NCBI GenBank assembly: GCA_030040865.1 | Contig: JASHSX010000087.1 | Coordinates: forward strand, 1 to 62,126 | DNA from: Thermoplasmata archaeon | GTDB lineage: Archaea > Thermoplasmatota > Thermoplasmata > Lutacidiplasmatales > UBA184 | DNA length: 62,126 bases | Direction of reading: 5' to 3' | Shown here: positions 41,714 through 50,502 of the stretch, one piece after another | Layout of the letters: each line of letters begins with the position of its first letter | Position numbering within the stretch: position 1 is the first letter of the stretch | Program-made: the position numbers and the translations under genes | The notes under the pieces: model-generated | What the model was told of the DNA's origin: nothing | The model's input: the letters and a program-made list of their open reading frames with translations, nothing else | Database searches by the model: none

Positions 41714-42520
41714 TCACTCGGGACCGGCGCGGTCGAGTAGGTGTAGCGCGCCTTTCCCGAGCCACTGACCGCCGTCCACGACGAGTACCTGCCCCGTGAT
41801 GTAGCTCGCGCGGGCGCTGACCAGGAACCGCACGCTCTCCGCGATCTCCTCGGGCGTGCCGAACCGTCCCATCGGGACGTCGTCGCTCACGGCACGCACG
41901 ATCGCGTCGGACGTCCACAGTTGCCGGTCGGTGCCGTCGGTGCGGACCGGCCCCGGCGCCACAGCGTTCACCCGGATGCCGAAGCGCGCCCACTCCACGG
42001 CGAGCGTCCGGGTGAGGGCGAGCACCCCGGCCTTCGCGGCGGCGGAGTGGACCGTTCCGGGCCCGGCGGTCCAAGCGTACGACGCGACGAGATTGACGAT
42101 CGACGGCGCCGGGGACTCCCGGAGAAGCGGGAAGGCGGCCCGGGAGCAAAAGAACGTCCCGTCGAGGACGATGCCGACGACCGCGCGCCAGCCGTTCGGA
42201 GAGAGCCGTTCGGCCGGGATGGGAAAGTTACCCGCAGCGTTGTTGACGAGCACGTCGAGACGACCGTACTCCGCGGTCACCGCCGCGACCATTCGGTCGA
42301 CCTGATCGGGCAAACGAACGTCGACCGGCACCGTCCGAACGGTCGCGCCCCGACGGCGGAGCTCGGCCGCTCCGTCGGCGAGGTGGGCCTCCGAACGGCT
42401 CGCGATCGCCAGTCGGTACCCGTCCGCGGCGAGCGCGCCCGCGATGGCGCGACCCAGACCGGTCCCCCCGCCCGTCACAAGGGCGACGGGTGATCCTCCG
42501 TCGGCCGATGCGGTCGCCAT
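41714..42520 (-). CDS. short-chain dehydrogenase/reductase (enoyl/dienoyl-CoA reductase-like SDR)
   Basis: 268 aa; VTGGGTGLGRAIA, NNAAG, SAAAKAG (the YxxxK position reads S-A-A-A-K), IRVNAVAPGP. Confidence 0.9.
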   Translation of the reverse strand: MATASADGGSPVALVTGGGTGLGRAIAGALAADGYRLAIASRSEAHLADGAAELRRRGATVRTVPVDVRLPDQVDRMVAAVTAEYGRLDVLVNNAAGNFPIPAERLSPNGWRAVVGIVLDGTFFCSRAAFPLLRESPAPSIVNLVASYAWTAGPGTVHSAAAKAGVLALTRTLAVEWARFGIRVNAVAPGPVRTDGTDRQLWTSDAIVRAVSDDVPMGRFGTPEEIAESVRFLVSARASYITGQVLVVDGGQWLGKGALHLLDRAGPE

Positions 42521-42556
42521 CGCCCTCGCTGACGAGGATCGGGTGTAAAAGAACCT

Positions 42557-42943
42557 TCACGCGGAGGAGGTCGACGCGCTGCCGAGACGGCGCATCTCGG
42601 TGCGGATCGCCGCGAGGTCCTCGTCGAGCAGGCCGACCCCACGGACCCCGTTCCGGCGGTACACCGCTCGCCCGTCACGGAAGCCGAGGACCGTCGGGAC
42701 GACCTCGATGCGGAAGTCGTCCCAGAGCGGGGACTCCTCGTCCGTGACGTCGCCGAAGGCGATCTCGAACGGACCCGCACCGCGAAGTTCCGAGAACGGG
42801 GCGAGGAACGCCCGGCAGAAGGGACACCAGTCGGCCACGAACGCCACCGCCCACACGCCCGACCGTACGAGTCGGCCCTCCGCAAAGTCACGGGCCCCGA
42901 GTCGTTGGACCGCCGCCGTACCGGAGTCCGCCCTTCGGGTCAC
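42557..42943 (-). CDS. thioredoxin-fold protein (WCPFC)
   Basis: 128 aa from GTG 42943, 5 nt after the upstream gene's stop. AFVADWCPFCRAF active site; VPTVLGF. Confidence 0.8.
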   Translation of the reverse strand: MTRRADSGTAAVQRLGARDFAEGRLVRSGVWAVAFVADWCPFCRAFLAPFSELRGAGPFEIAFGDVTDEESPLWDDFRIEVVPTVLGFRDGRAVYRRNGVRGVGLLDEDLAAIRTEMRRLGSASTSSA

Positions 42944-42947
42944 GAGA

Positions 42948-43868
42948 TCACCGTCGCCGAAGTCGAAGCCGCAAGGGCGCTTCCCGTTGACGCTGCTTGT
43001 CGGGGGGTCGGCGCGGCACCGGACGTACGACGCCGAGATCGGTCCAGTACTCGCGGACCCATGCGGCCGGCGTCCGATCGAACTCCGGGGGAAGCCGGCG
43101 CGGGACCCAGAGTCGTGGCACCCACTTCGAGGAACCCGCGAGGACGAACACCGGCACCCGCGCCCGGTGGGCCTCCGCCGCGAGCGCACGGGTACCGACC
43201 TTGTGGACGACGTCGCCGGACCCGTAGACCGAGTCCGCCCCGATGACGACCGCATCGGACGCGGCGAGGGCCCGAAGCGCGCTGCCGTCCCGGACCCATC
43301 GGGCACGAACTCCCGCCGTCCGCAGATCCCGCGCCATCCTCCGCCCCTCTCCGCCCGGCAGACTCTCAAGGACGACGACCTCGGCCGGCCGACGGGCCGG
43401 ACGAGCCGTCGCGAGGGCGCGGAGCACGGTGTCGCTGCGACTCAGGGTCAGGAGACGGGCCCGGGCAGGGAGGCGGGTCACCGCGATCCGCGCGATCCGG
43501 GCCGGCTCGTCGGCAAGCCGCTGCTCCTCCTCCCCGATCCACCCGAGGAGGCGGCGGCCACGGGACGTCGTCCCGCGGACCGCGGAGATCCGCCGGAGGT
43601 CGAAGGCCCAGCGCCGGAAGGGGCCCATCGCGGGCTGGGTGCGTCCGAGCTGGCCCGCGAGCCGACGCAGCTCGGCGGCCGAGACGGAGTTCGGCGTTCT
43701 CCCGTCCCGACGGATCCTCTGTCGCAAGGCCCCGAGGGTCCGCCGAGCGAGCGCCGACGCGCTCGACGATCGGTCGGACGCGACCCGGGACAGGGCCGCC
43801 GCCAGCCGATCTTGTGGCGATCCTCGACGCCGTCGGGGGACCCCGACCATCTCGGAGCCGACCCCCAT
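42948..43868 (-). CDS. eIF-2B alpha/beta/delta-family protein (aIF-2B / ribose-1,5-bisphosphate isomerase-like)
   Basis: 306 aa; LTLSRSDTVLRAL, VVVLESLPGGEGRRMARDL, VVIGADSVYGSGDVVHKVGT, VPVFVLAGSSK. Confidence 0.8.
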   Translation of the reverse strand: MGVGSEMVGVPRRRRGSPQDRLAAALSRVASDRSSSASALARRTLGALRQRIRRDGRTPNSVSAAELRRLAGQLGRTQPAMGPFRRWAFDLRRISAVRGTTSRGRRLLGWIGEEEQRLADEPARIARIAVTRLPARARLLTLSRSDTVLRALATARPARRPAEVVVLESLPGGEGRRMARDLRTAGVRARWVRDGSALRALAASDAVVIGADSVYGSGDVVHKVGTRALAAEAHRARVPVFVLAGSSKWVPRLWVPRRLPPEFDRTPAAWVREYWTDLGVVRPVPRRPPDKQRQREAPLRLRLRRR

Positions 43869-43911
43869 GCGGTATTGAACTGCGCCGGGCTGCCGAGGAC
43901 GAGGGATTTCG

Positions 43912-44994
43912 ATGTCGTGGCGTGTCCCCCTCGAGGCCCGTAGCGAACGCGTCTTCCCGAGCCGGATGCGGGGCTCGACGGTGACCCACCGGTTTTCGAG
44001 TCGCGTCCTTGAGGGGAACCCCTGGGGCGACCCGGTCGAGCGGGACCTCCCGGTCTATCTGCCCCCGTCCGGCACGACCGAAGGGAAGCCGCTCCTCGTG
44101 CTCCTCTCCGGGTACACCGGGGCGGGGTACTACCACTTCCAGCGCCCTCGTTACCTTCAGGACACGCACATCGGGCGCCTTGATCGGTTGATCCGGACCG
44201 GCATCGCGGCGGAGGCGGTCGCCGTCGCTCCCGACTGCCTCACGACCCTGGGCGGTAGCCAGTACCTCAACTCCAGCGCCACCGGTCGGTACGAGGACTA
44301 CGTCGTGGAGGAGATCGTCCCGTGGATCCGGGAGAAGTATCGGACCGGCCCGTGCGCCGTGCTCGGCACGTCCAGCGGAGGATACGGCGCCATGGTCCTG
44401 GCGCTCCGGCACCCCGATCTCTTTCGGGCGGCCGCATCGAACGCGGGGGACTGCGGCTTCGAGTACTGCTACCTCCCCGAGTTCCCGCCCGTCTTCCGTA
44501 CCGTCCGCAAAGCCGGCGGACCCGAGGCGCTCCTCCGGAGGGTCCTCTCGGAGCCCGTCAGTGACTACGGGCCCCACCAACCCGAGGTCCAGGCGCTTGA
44601 GACGATGGCCTACGCGTCGTGCTACTCGCCCCGGGTCGAAGAGCCCGGGCGATTCGATCTTCCGTTCGACCTCGAGAGCGGCCGGCTGCGGGAGGATGTC
44701 TGGGCCCGCTGGCTCGCCTGGGACCCGCTTCGGATGATCGCGACCGACCGGTATCGAGACGCGTTGCGTCGTCTCGCCTACCTCTACGTGGACGGCGGGA
44801 CCCGCGACGAGTGGTTCCTCGACGTCGGGGCACGGATGTTCGCGGCCGAGGCCCTCCGTCAGGGGGCTAAGGTCGAGGGACAGGAGTTCGACGGCGTACA
44901 CGGCGACAGCGGGCCCCGGTACGAGGTGATGATCCCCCGGCTGCTCGCCGCGCTCGGGTCCCCGGCCCCGAACGCGGGCCACCGAGCGGTTTAG
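43912..44994 (+). CDS. putative esterase (esterase D / enterochelin-esterase-like alpha/beta hydrolase)
   Basis: 360 aa; LPVYLPP, PLLVLLSGY, nucleophile elbow AVLGTSSGGYGA, DGGTRDE. ATG 43966 is an alternative start. Confidence 0.85.
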   Translation: MSWRVPLEARSERVFPSRMRGSTVTHRFSSRVLEGNPWGDPVERDLPVYLPPSGTTEGKPLLVLLSGYTGAGYYHFQRPRYLQDTHIGRLDRLIRTGIAAEAVAVAPDCLTTLGGSQYLNSSATGRYEDYVVEEIVPWIREKYRTGPCAVLGTSSGGYGAMVLALRHPDLFRAAASNAGDCGFEYCYLPEFPPVFRTVRKAGGPEALLRRVLSEPVSDYGPHQPEVQALETMAYASCYSPRVEEPGRFDLPFDLESGRLREDVWARWLAWDPLRMIATDRYRDALRRLAYLYVDGGTRDEWFLDVGARMFAAEALRQGAKVEGQEFDGVHGDSGPRYEVMIPRLLAALGSPAPNAGHRAV

Positions 44995-45041
44995 TACGCC
45001 GCCCGCGTCGACCCCCGGTCGAGCGCACGGGACGGGAGCCG

Positions 45042-45191
45042 ATGCTGAAGGGGGACGAGATGGTCTGCGACAGTTGCCAGAAGGTCATCTCCCGGGTCAC
45101 GCCGTTGCCGGCCGACGGGTGGCCGCGGCTCCACAGCCTCTGTTCCTCGTGCTTCTCCGCCCTCTGGCAGAAGTCGATCCCTCCGGCGTGA
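45042..45191 (+). CDS. hypothetical 49-aa CxxC...CxxC zinc-ribbon-like protein
   Basis: Not in the ORF track. Own translation: MLKGDEMVCDSCQKVISRVTPLPADGWPRLHSLCSSCFSALWQKSIPPA. Preceded by GGGAG. G/C third-position bias. Confidence 0.45.
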   Translation: MLKGDEMVCDSCQKVISRVTPLPADGWPRLHSLCSSCFSALWQKSIPPA

Positions 45192-45197
45192 GCGGGG

Positions 45198-45746
45198 CTA
45201 CGGGCCGACGTTCCGGTCCTCGAACGGGACCAGTGCCTCGTCCTCGAACCAGGCGAGGGTGATGAACGTCCAGGTGAGCGCGAGCAGCAGCACGAGCTCC
45301 GGCCGTTTCGCCGCGGCCGGCGCGACGATCACCGCCCCGCCCGCGAGCGTCCGACCCTCGCGCACCGGTTCGATGTGGAGGCACTCGGCGTTCGCCGCGT
45401 CGACGACCTTCCACGCCGGGAGGAGAAGACCCGCCCTGCGGAATCGGTACGAAGCTCCCCCCTCGACGTCGATCGCGTGGTGGCTCAAGTGGACCGAAAG
45501 GCGACCGAGGGAGGCCGGGGGGTCCGCCGACCGTGCGAGGAGGTGCGGATTGAGGAAGCCGGCGCGCGTGATCGTCCAGGAGCCGCCCGCGGACTCGGCC
45601 GTCGCGGTCGAGCCTCCGTCCCGCGGCCACCGCAGGAGCAGCACCGGGGCCTCCCCGGCCGAGAGGCGGAACTCGGTGGGGGAATCGCCCGTCTTCCACC
45701 AGCGCAGCGAGCTCACGTCGAGCGACGCGAGCGGAGGGAACTCCAT
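45198..45746 (-). CDS. hypothetical protein with C-terminal hydrophobic helix
   Basis: 182 aa. Beta-rich N-terminal part, then a C-terminal helix, PELVLLLALTWTFITLAWF. Strong G/C third-position bias. No family recognised. Confidence 0.6.
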   Translation of the reverse strand: MEFPPLASLDVSSLRWWKTGDSPTEFRLSAGEAPVLLLRWPRDGGSTATAESAGGSWTITRAGFLNPHLLARSADPPASLGRLSVHLSHHAIDVEGGASYRFRRAGLLLPAWKVVDAANAECLHIEPVREGRTLAGGAVIVAPAAAKRPELVLLLALTWTFITLAWFEDEALVPFEDRNVGP

Positions 45747-45796
45747 CGACGGCGCACCGGACCGAGCCCTCTTAACGGCGCGGTGGACGGGCGGAC

Positions 45797-46441
45797 CTAC
45801 GGTGACGCGACCCGCCCGCCGGCGCGGCGAGGACTGGTGTCGCGTTGGATCTCGTCGAGCTCCGCGAGCGCGCTCTCGATGGCGGCCCGACTCTGGGCCG
45901 TCGACGCGGGCGACGGGGGCGGGGTGACCGGCTCGGGCGGACGGACGGAGGGGCGCGGCGTAGCGGTCGCCGGAGCCTCCCGGATCGACGGTCGCGCGGA
46001 GGGACGGGGTGCCAAGATCACCGGGGCGATGGGGGCCAGCGGACGAGCGAGCGGTCGGGGCGCCGGGAGCGGGAGCTCATCCTCCGACCAATCGGCGGGA
46101 GAGGCCGGTCGGGAGGCGAACGGGGCCATCGCGACGGCGAGCCCGCCGCTCGGGGTGGGTACGGGCGCCGGGGTCGCTTCGGGCCGGGGGCGGCCGAAAT
46201 CCGCCCGGGGCGCCGAGGGTGGCCTCCGCGCATCGACCGAAGGGTCCGCCCGGTCCTCGGGCGACCGACCGTCCGAGACCACGAACGAGACGATCGCACC
46301 GGCCGCCGCGACGAACCCCAGGATCACGAGAAGGACCCAGAGCGGGAAGATCGGCGGGCCCGCGGTCGGCGCGTCGCTCCAGGTCACGTAGCCGCCGACC
46401 AACAGGGCGACGGCGGACAGGACGAGCGGAAAGCTGTGCAC
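45797..46441 (-). CDS. hypothetical membrane protein with long Pro-rich tail
   Basis: Start placed at GVG-free in-frame GTG 46441 (VHSFPLVLSAVALLVGGYVTW...) so that it does not overlap the upstream gene. Two TM helices, about 110 aa of P/A/R-rich sequence, then a C-terminal helix, AAIESALAELDEIQ. Start is uncertain. Confidence 0.5.
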   Translation of the reverse strand: MHSFPLVLSAVALLVGGYVTWSDAPTAGPPIFPLWVLLVILGFVAAAGAIVSFVVSDGRSPEDRADPSVDARRPPSAPRADFGRPRPEATPAPVPTPSGGLAVAMAPFASRPASPADWSEDELPLPAPRPLARPLAPIAPVILAPRPSARPSIREAPATATPRPSVRPPEPVTPPPSPASTAQSRAAIESALAELDEIQRDTSPRRAGGRVASP

Positions 46442-46577
46442 GAGCGCGTCCCCCCCTCGTTCACGGACGGACGAAGGGGAGCCGGCCGCTTCCTCACGGT
46501 CCACGGATGCTCCCGAAATCGGACGTACAAGGTTTCTCGTGGGATTTTTGACTATCGGAGGCTCCGAGGGGGCCGCC

Positions 46578-46946
46578 TCAGCGACCGGCCACGAGGAAGA
46601 AGACACCGGCCAGCAGGGCGAAGAGGGCCGCCAGGATGCCGAGCAGACCGGCCCCGAGCCCGAGGACCAGCCAGCCGACAACGGCCAGGACGAGGAGCGC
46701 CACGCCCGAGACCAGGGACCGGTCCTCCCCGCGCGAGCGGCCGTAGAGCGCCAGGAATCCGACCACCAGTCCGAGCACGATGAACAGGATCGACTGGCCG
46801 AGTTCCGCGCGAACGAGCCGGAAGCCGTAGCCGAGCGCGAGGAACAGGAAGCCGCGGACGATCGAGACGATCCCGTCGAGCACGAGGAGCACGGCGGAGA
46901 TCACCCCGAAGACCATCCCGATCCGTCGATTCCCCTCCGTCGTCAC
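46578..46946 (-). CDS. small four-TM membrane protein
   Basis: 122 aa, GTG start. Four Gly/Leu/Val-rich helices. Confidence 0.7.
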   Translation of the reverse strand: MTTEGNRRIGMVFGVISAVLLVLDGIVSIVRGFLFLALGYGFRLVRAELGQSILFIVLGLVVGFLALYGRSRGEDRSLVSGVALLVLAVVGWLVLGLGAGLLGILAALFALLAGVFFLVAGR

Positions 46947-47029
46947 CCGATGACCCCCGGCGTGCCGTGTTCCCGTGCCGACCGTTCGGGATTAGGCTTG
47001 CGCGGCGCGCCGCCGGCGGGTACGCCTAA

Positions 47030-47755
47030 GTGGCGCGGCGCTTCGGGGCCGGGATGGCGCGGGCGACCGTCGGGACGTCCCTACGACGGGAATTCGACCG
47101 GGAGGCCCGGGGGTACGACCGGACGGCGACGGCCTCGATGCCCGGGTACATGGACCTCCACCGGACGTTGATCGGCGGGATCCCGTACCTGCCGACCCGC
47201 CGCTTCCGGATCCTCGAACTCGGGGTCGGCACCGGCACGCTGACCGCGCAGGTCCTCCATCGGTTCCCCCAGGCGGAGCTCCGGGGGATCGACATCTCCC
47301 CCCGGATGATCGCGGCCGCCCGCCGCAAGCTCGTGGCGTACCGCGATCGCGTCGAGCTGATCGCGGGCGACTTGGAGGAGTTCGACGAGCGTCCGTACGA
47401 CGTCGTGCTCTCGGCCCTCGCGATCCACCACCTCCCGGACGCCGCGAAGTGGCGGTTGTTCCGGCGTATCCGACGGAACCTTCCCCGGGGAGGGTACTTC
47501 GGAGACGCCGATGACCACCTCCCCGAGGATCCGATCTTCGACCACCGCTACACCGAGATCGCAGTGGCCCTGCGACCCCGGGGAGTCCGCCCGGGTCGGT
47601 GGTCCAGCCCCCAGCAGGTCTGGCACGACCACGAGCGGTTCGATCATCCGACGACGGTCGCTGCGGAGACGGATGCGCTCGACCGCGCCGGCTTCGACCA
47701 CGTCGGGGTCCCGTGGCGGTTCTTCGGGCAGGCCGTGATCTGGGCCTACCGGTGA
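47030..47755 (+). CDS. class I SAM-dependent methyltransferase
   Basis: ILELGVGTGTLT (motif I), GIDISPRMI, VVLSALAIHHL. GTG 47030 or ATG 47054 could be the start. Confidence 0.85.
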   Translation: MARRFGAGMARATVGTSLRREFDREARGYDRTATASMPGYMDLHRTLIGGIPYLPTRRFRILELGVGTGTLTAQVLHRFPQAELRGIDISPRMIAAARRKLVAYRDRVELIAGDLEEFDERPYDVVLSALAIHHLPDAAKWRLFRRIRRNLPRGGYFGDADDHLPEDPIFDHRYTEIAVALRPRGVRPGRWSSPQQVWHDHERFDHPTTVAAETDALDRAGFDHVGVPWRFFGQAVIWAYR

Positions 47756-47798
47756 GTCGCCGGACCGGACGGGACCGGGCCGACCGGAGGACTCCCCG

Positions 47799-48053
47799 AT
47801 GCTCCGGGAGACGCAGTTCCTGGTGGGAGGGGCGGTCGTCCTCGGCGCCGGGCTCGCCTTCGCGGGACTCCTCGTCTGGAGCGCGGCCGGGGTCGCGTAC
47901 TTCGGCAGCTGGATCGGCGCGTTGCTGGCGATCGGGTTCGGTGCGTTCTTCGTGCACGTCGGCCGCGACGAGGGACGGGCGCGCCGCCGGTTCCTCGCCG
48001 AGGAGGGGACCGATCCGGGCCGTGCCCCGGAGTCGGGGCGGGAGTCCCGCTGA
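47799..48053 (+). CDS. small two-TM membrane protein
   Basis: 84 aa. Two hydrophobic helices followed by a charged tail. G/C third-position bias. Confidence 0.55.
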   Translation: MLRETQFLVGGAVVLGAGLAFAGLLVWSAAGVAYFGSWIGALLAIGFGAFFVHVGRDEGRARRRFLAEEGTDPGRAPESGRESR

Positions 48054-48100
48054 TCGTCCCGGGCAAACCTTTTGGTAGGAAGGCACGCTCCCTCCGTCGT

Positions 48101-48207
48101 GGCCGGGATGGGGTAGCTTGGCCTATCCTGGGGGACTGTGGATCCCTCGACCCGGGTTCAAAGGGGGACGGGGACGTGCCCCGACCCTGAGACTCTCGGT
48201 CCCGGCC
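48101..48207 (+). tRNA. tRNA-His(GUG): tRNA-His (anticodon GUG) with encoded G-1 and a 31-nt intron in the T-loop (position 59/60)
   Basis: Manual fold:
- G-1 (48101) pairs with C73 (48207).
- Acceptor GCCGGGA / TCCCGGC.
- U8; D-arm GGGU-AGCUUGGCCUA-UCCU.
- Anticodon stem GGGGA/UCCCU with loop CUGUGGA (GUG at 48138-48140).
- T-stem CCGGG (48152-56) / CUCGG (48195-99).
- T-loop is interrupted.
- No encoded CCA. Confidence 0.88.
48163..48193 (+). other. archaeal BHB (bulge-helix-bulge) tRNA intron, non-canonical position 59/60
   Basis: - Outer helix h1 is the T-stem.
- 3-nt bulge ACU (48192-94).
- 4-bp central helix: U57-A60 (48157-60) pairs with U88-G91 (48188-91), i.e. U.G, U-A, C-G, A-U.
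- 3-nt bulge AAG (48161-63).
- Inner helix GGG/CCC (48164-66 / 48185-87) and a terminal hairpin, CGGGG-ACGUG-CCCCG.
- Removing the intron restores the consensus 7-nt T-loop UUCAAAU. Confidence 0.8.
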
Positions 48208-48969
48208 CTACCGTTTCCGGCGCGAGCCCGTTGAGGTCGGGCGCCGCCGGGACGTCGGCGGCCGGGTGAGCCGCGCGAGGACCGCCGGGAGCTCCCCCAG
48301 CCCATAGTCGGCCCATGCGGCCCCCCACTGCTCGAGGTCGGAGGGGGTCAGCGTCCACCCGCGGACGCGAGAGGCCCGCGCGATCGCCCGCACTCCCTCG
48401 ACCGCGAGCGTCGCCTCCATGTCGAATCGAGAGTCGCCGACCAGGAAGATCGGCACGCCGGGATACCGTCGACGGTATTCGTGCAGGTGTTCCCGCTTCG
48501 TTCCCTGGGCGGAACCGAGCACCTCGTCAAACCAGTACCGGAGCCCCTCCCGCTCGAGGAGGATCTCCGCCATCTCCGTCTCGGCCCCGGTGGAGACCGC
48601 GAGGGTCCACCGTTCCTGGCCGAGCCGCTTCAGGAGCTTCGGGATCTCGGGGAACGGGTGCGCCCGGGCGTACGCCTCCGTCACCTTCCGCTGGTGGAAG
48701 GTCCGGGCGGTCGCGGCCCGCAGCGGGGCGGGGGCCGTCGGGTACAGCTGCGCGAGCTGGGCCTCGAACGGCATGCCGGTCGTCGCGAAGTAGTGGACCC
48801 GTCCCTCCTCCTCCGGCGTCCCGAAGGCCTCGTGTAGAACACTCGCCGCGACGTCGCCGATGAGCTCGAGGTCGTCGAGCAGGGTGCCGTCCAGGTCGAA
48901 GACGACGACTCCGCGCTCCACGTCGCGGGGGGGGACGTCGGTCCGCGGAAGGCCCGCGACGTGGGCCAT
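48208..48969 (-). CDS. HAD-superfamily hydrolase (phosphoglycolate phosphatase-like)
   Basis: VVVFDLDGTLLDD (motif I), VSTG (motif II), LVGDSRFDMEA (motif IV). Start is at ATG 48969; in-frame ATG 49068 is an alternative. The stop codon directly abuts the tRNA-His 3' end. Confidence 0.8.
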   Translation of the reverse strand: MAHVAGLPRTDVPPRDVERGVVVFDLDGTLLDDLELIGDVAASVLHEAFGTPEEEGRVHYFATTGMPFEAQLAQLYPTAPAPLRAATARTFHQRKVTEAYARAHPFPEIPKLLKRLGQERWTLAVSTGAETEMAEILLEREGLRYWFDEVLGSAQGTKREHLHEYRRRYPGVPIFLVGDSRFDMEATLAVEGVRAIARASRVRGWTLTPSDLEQWGAAWADYGLGELPAVLARLTRPPTSRRRPTSTGSRRKR

Positions 48970-49162
48970 CTCCGCGAACTGGCTCGTCGACGGGACCACG
49001 GGCAACGGGACGTCGCCGTCGTCCGGAGGAGCACGTTCCGATCCTCCCGCCGGCGCCCCGCGTCCCATCGGCCGGGGGAGGAGCGGGACCTCCTCTTTAG
49101 CTCGGCGCGGTTGAGTCGGCCATAAGAGGGACGCCGGCGTGGGCCGGACCGACGGAGATCCG

Positions 49163-50470
49163 ATGCACCCGAGCCGGGCGATCCAGGGCCGCACGACCCA
49201 ATTGCTCGCCGGCCGGAGGATCTGGATCGGGATCTCCGGGTCGATCGCCGCGATCGAGGTGCCCCGGATCGTCCGCGAGCTCCTCCGGCACGGGGCGGAG
49301 GTCCGAGCGGTGATGAGCCCGGAGGCCACACGCCTCGTCACGCCGGAGACGGTCGAGTTCGCGACCGGTCATGCCCCGGTCCTCCAGCTCACCGGGCGCG
49401 TCGAGCACGTGAGCGAGCTCGGGCCCGGCCCGGAGCGTGCCGACCTCTATCTCATCGCCCCGGCCACGGCGAACACGATATCGAAGATCGCCCACGGAAT
49501 CGACGACACGCCCGTGACCTCGTTCGCGTCGGTCGCGCTCGGAGGGCACGTGCCGATGATGATCGCGCCGGCGATGCACGCGCACATGGGGCTGAACCCC
49601 GCGATCCAGGAGAACCTCGCCAAGCTGAGGAGCTGGGGCGTCGACGTGATCGCCTCCACGAGCGCGGAAGGGGAGGAGAAACTGGCTCCGCCCGACGAGG
49701 TGGCGGCGGCAGTCCTCCATCGCCTCGGGGCCGGACCGTGGGCGGGTCGAACCGTGATCGTCATCGGCGGAGCGTCCCGCGAGCCGATCGATGCGGTCCG
49801 TTCCGTGACCAACGAGAGCTCGGGGGCCAGCGCGATCGCCTTCGCCAACCAGGCGTACTATCGGGGCGCCCGGGTCGAACTGTGGGCCGGAGCCCTCCAG
49901 CTCGTCGTCCCGCCGTGGATCCCCGTGCGCCGCTGGGTTCGGGTCGAGGACCTCCTGGCCCTCGCCCGCGAACAGAGCTCCGGACTCGCCTCGGCCGACG
50001 CGGTCATCGTGCCCGCCGCGCTCGCCGACTTCACGCTCGACCCCCACGCGGGTAAGATCGCTTCGAGGGAGCACAGCACGCTCACGCTCACGCTGCGCCG
50101 TGCTCCCAAGGTGCTGCCGGAGCTGCGCCGCCTGGCTCCGCCTCCGTCGCGCCTCATCGCGTTCAAGCTCGATGCGGGACGAGGTGCCGAGGAGCTCGAG
50201 AAGGGGGCGCGTCGCCTCCGGGACGAGACCGGCGCCGACTGGGTGGTCGCCAACGACGTCGCGACGATGGGCAGCGAGACCACGAACGCGCTCGTCCTGC
50301 CGCCGGGCGGAGGACGCCACTGGATCCGGGGATCGAAGCCCGAATTCGCCGGCAAGCTGCTCGACGATGTGGGCCGCGACCTGGTGAACCGGGCGGCCGC
50401 CCGGACCCCGCGCGGCCCGAGCCGGACGGTTCGACGCTCGCGGGCCCGCGCCCGCCGCTCGCGCGCGTAG
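49163..50470 (+). CDS. coaBC: bifunctional phosphopantothenoylcysteine decarboxylase / phosphopantothenate--cysteine ligase
   Basis: IWIGISGSIAAIEVPRIVREL (flavoprotein domain), PATANTISKIAHGIDD, then the CoaB-like half (IDAVRSVTNESSG, AALADF). GTG 49139 is an alternative start. Confidence 0.9.
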   Translation: MHPSRAIQGRTTQLLAGRRIWIGISGSIAAIEVPRIVRELLRHGAEVRAVMSPEATRLVTPETVEFATGHAPVLQLTGRVEHVSELGPGPERADLYLIAPATANTISKIAHGIDDTPVTSFASVALGGHVPMMIAPAMHAHMGLNPAIQENLAKLRSWGVDVIASTSAEGEEKLAPPDEVAAAVLHRLGAGPWAGRTVIVIGGASREPIDAVRSVTNESSGASAIAFANQAYYRGARVELWAGALQLVVPPWIPVRRWVRVEDLLALAREQSSGLASADAVIVPAALADFTLDPHAGKIASREHSTLTLTLRRAPKVLPELRRLAPPPSRLIAFKLDAGRGAEELEKGARRLRDETGADWVVANDVATMGSETTNALVLPPGGGRHWIRGSKPEFAGKLLDDVGRDLVNRAAARTPRGPSRTVRRSRARARRSRA

Positions 50471-50502
50471 GGCGACCGGCCCGCGAGGGCGGAGTCCTGC
50501 CC

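Noticed and set aside
43366-44982. 538-aa minus-strand ORF antisense to the esterase gene, and 447-aa ORF 42600..43943 antisense to the thioredoxin/eIF-2B genes
   Set aside because: Shadow ORFs in high-GC DNA. The opposite-strand frames have clear family motifs.
46981-47030. Inverted repeat TTAGGC...GCCTAA in the spacer before the methyltransferase gene
   Set aside because: The arms are only 6 bp with a ~26-nt GC-rich spacer, so it is not distinguishable from chance.
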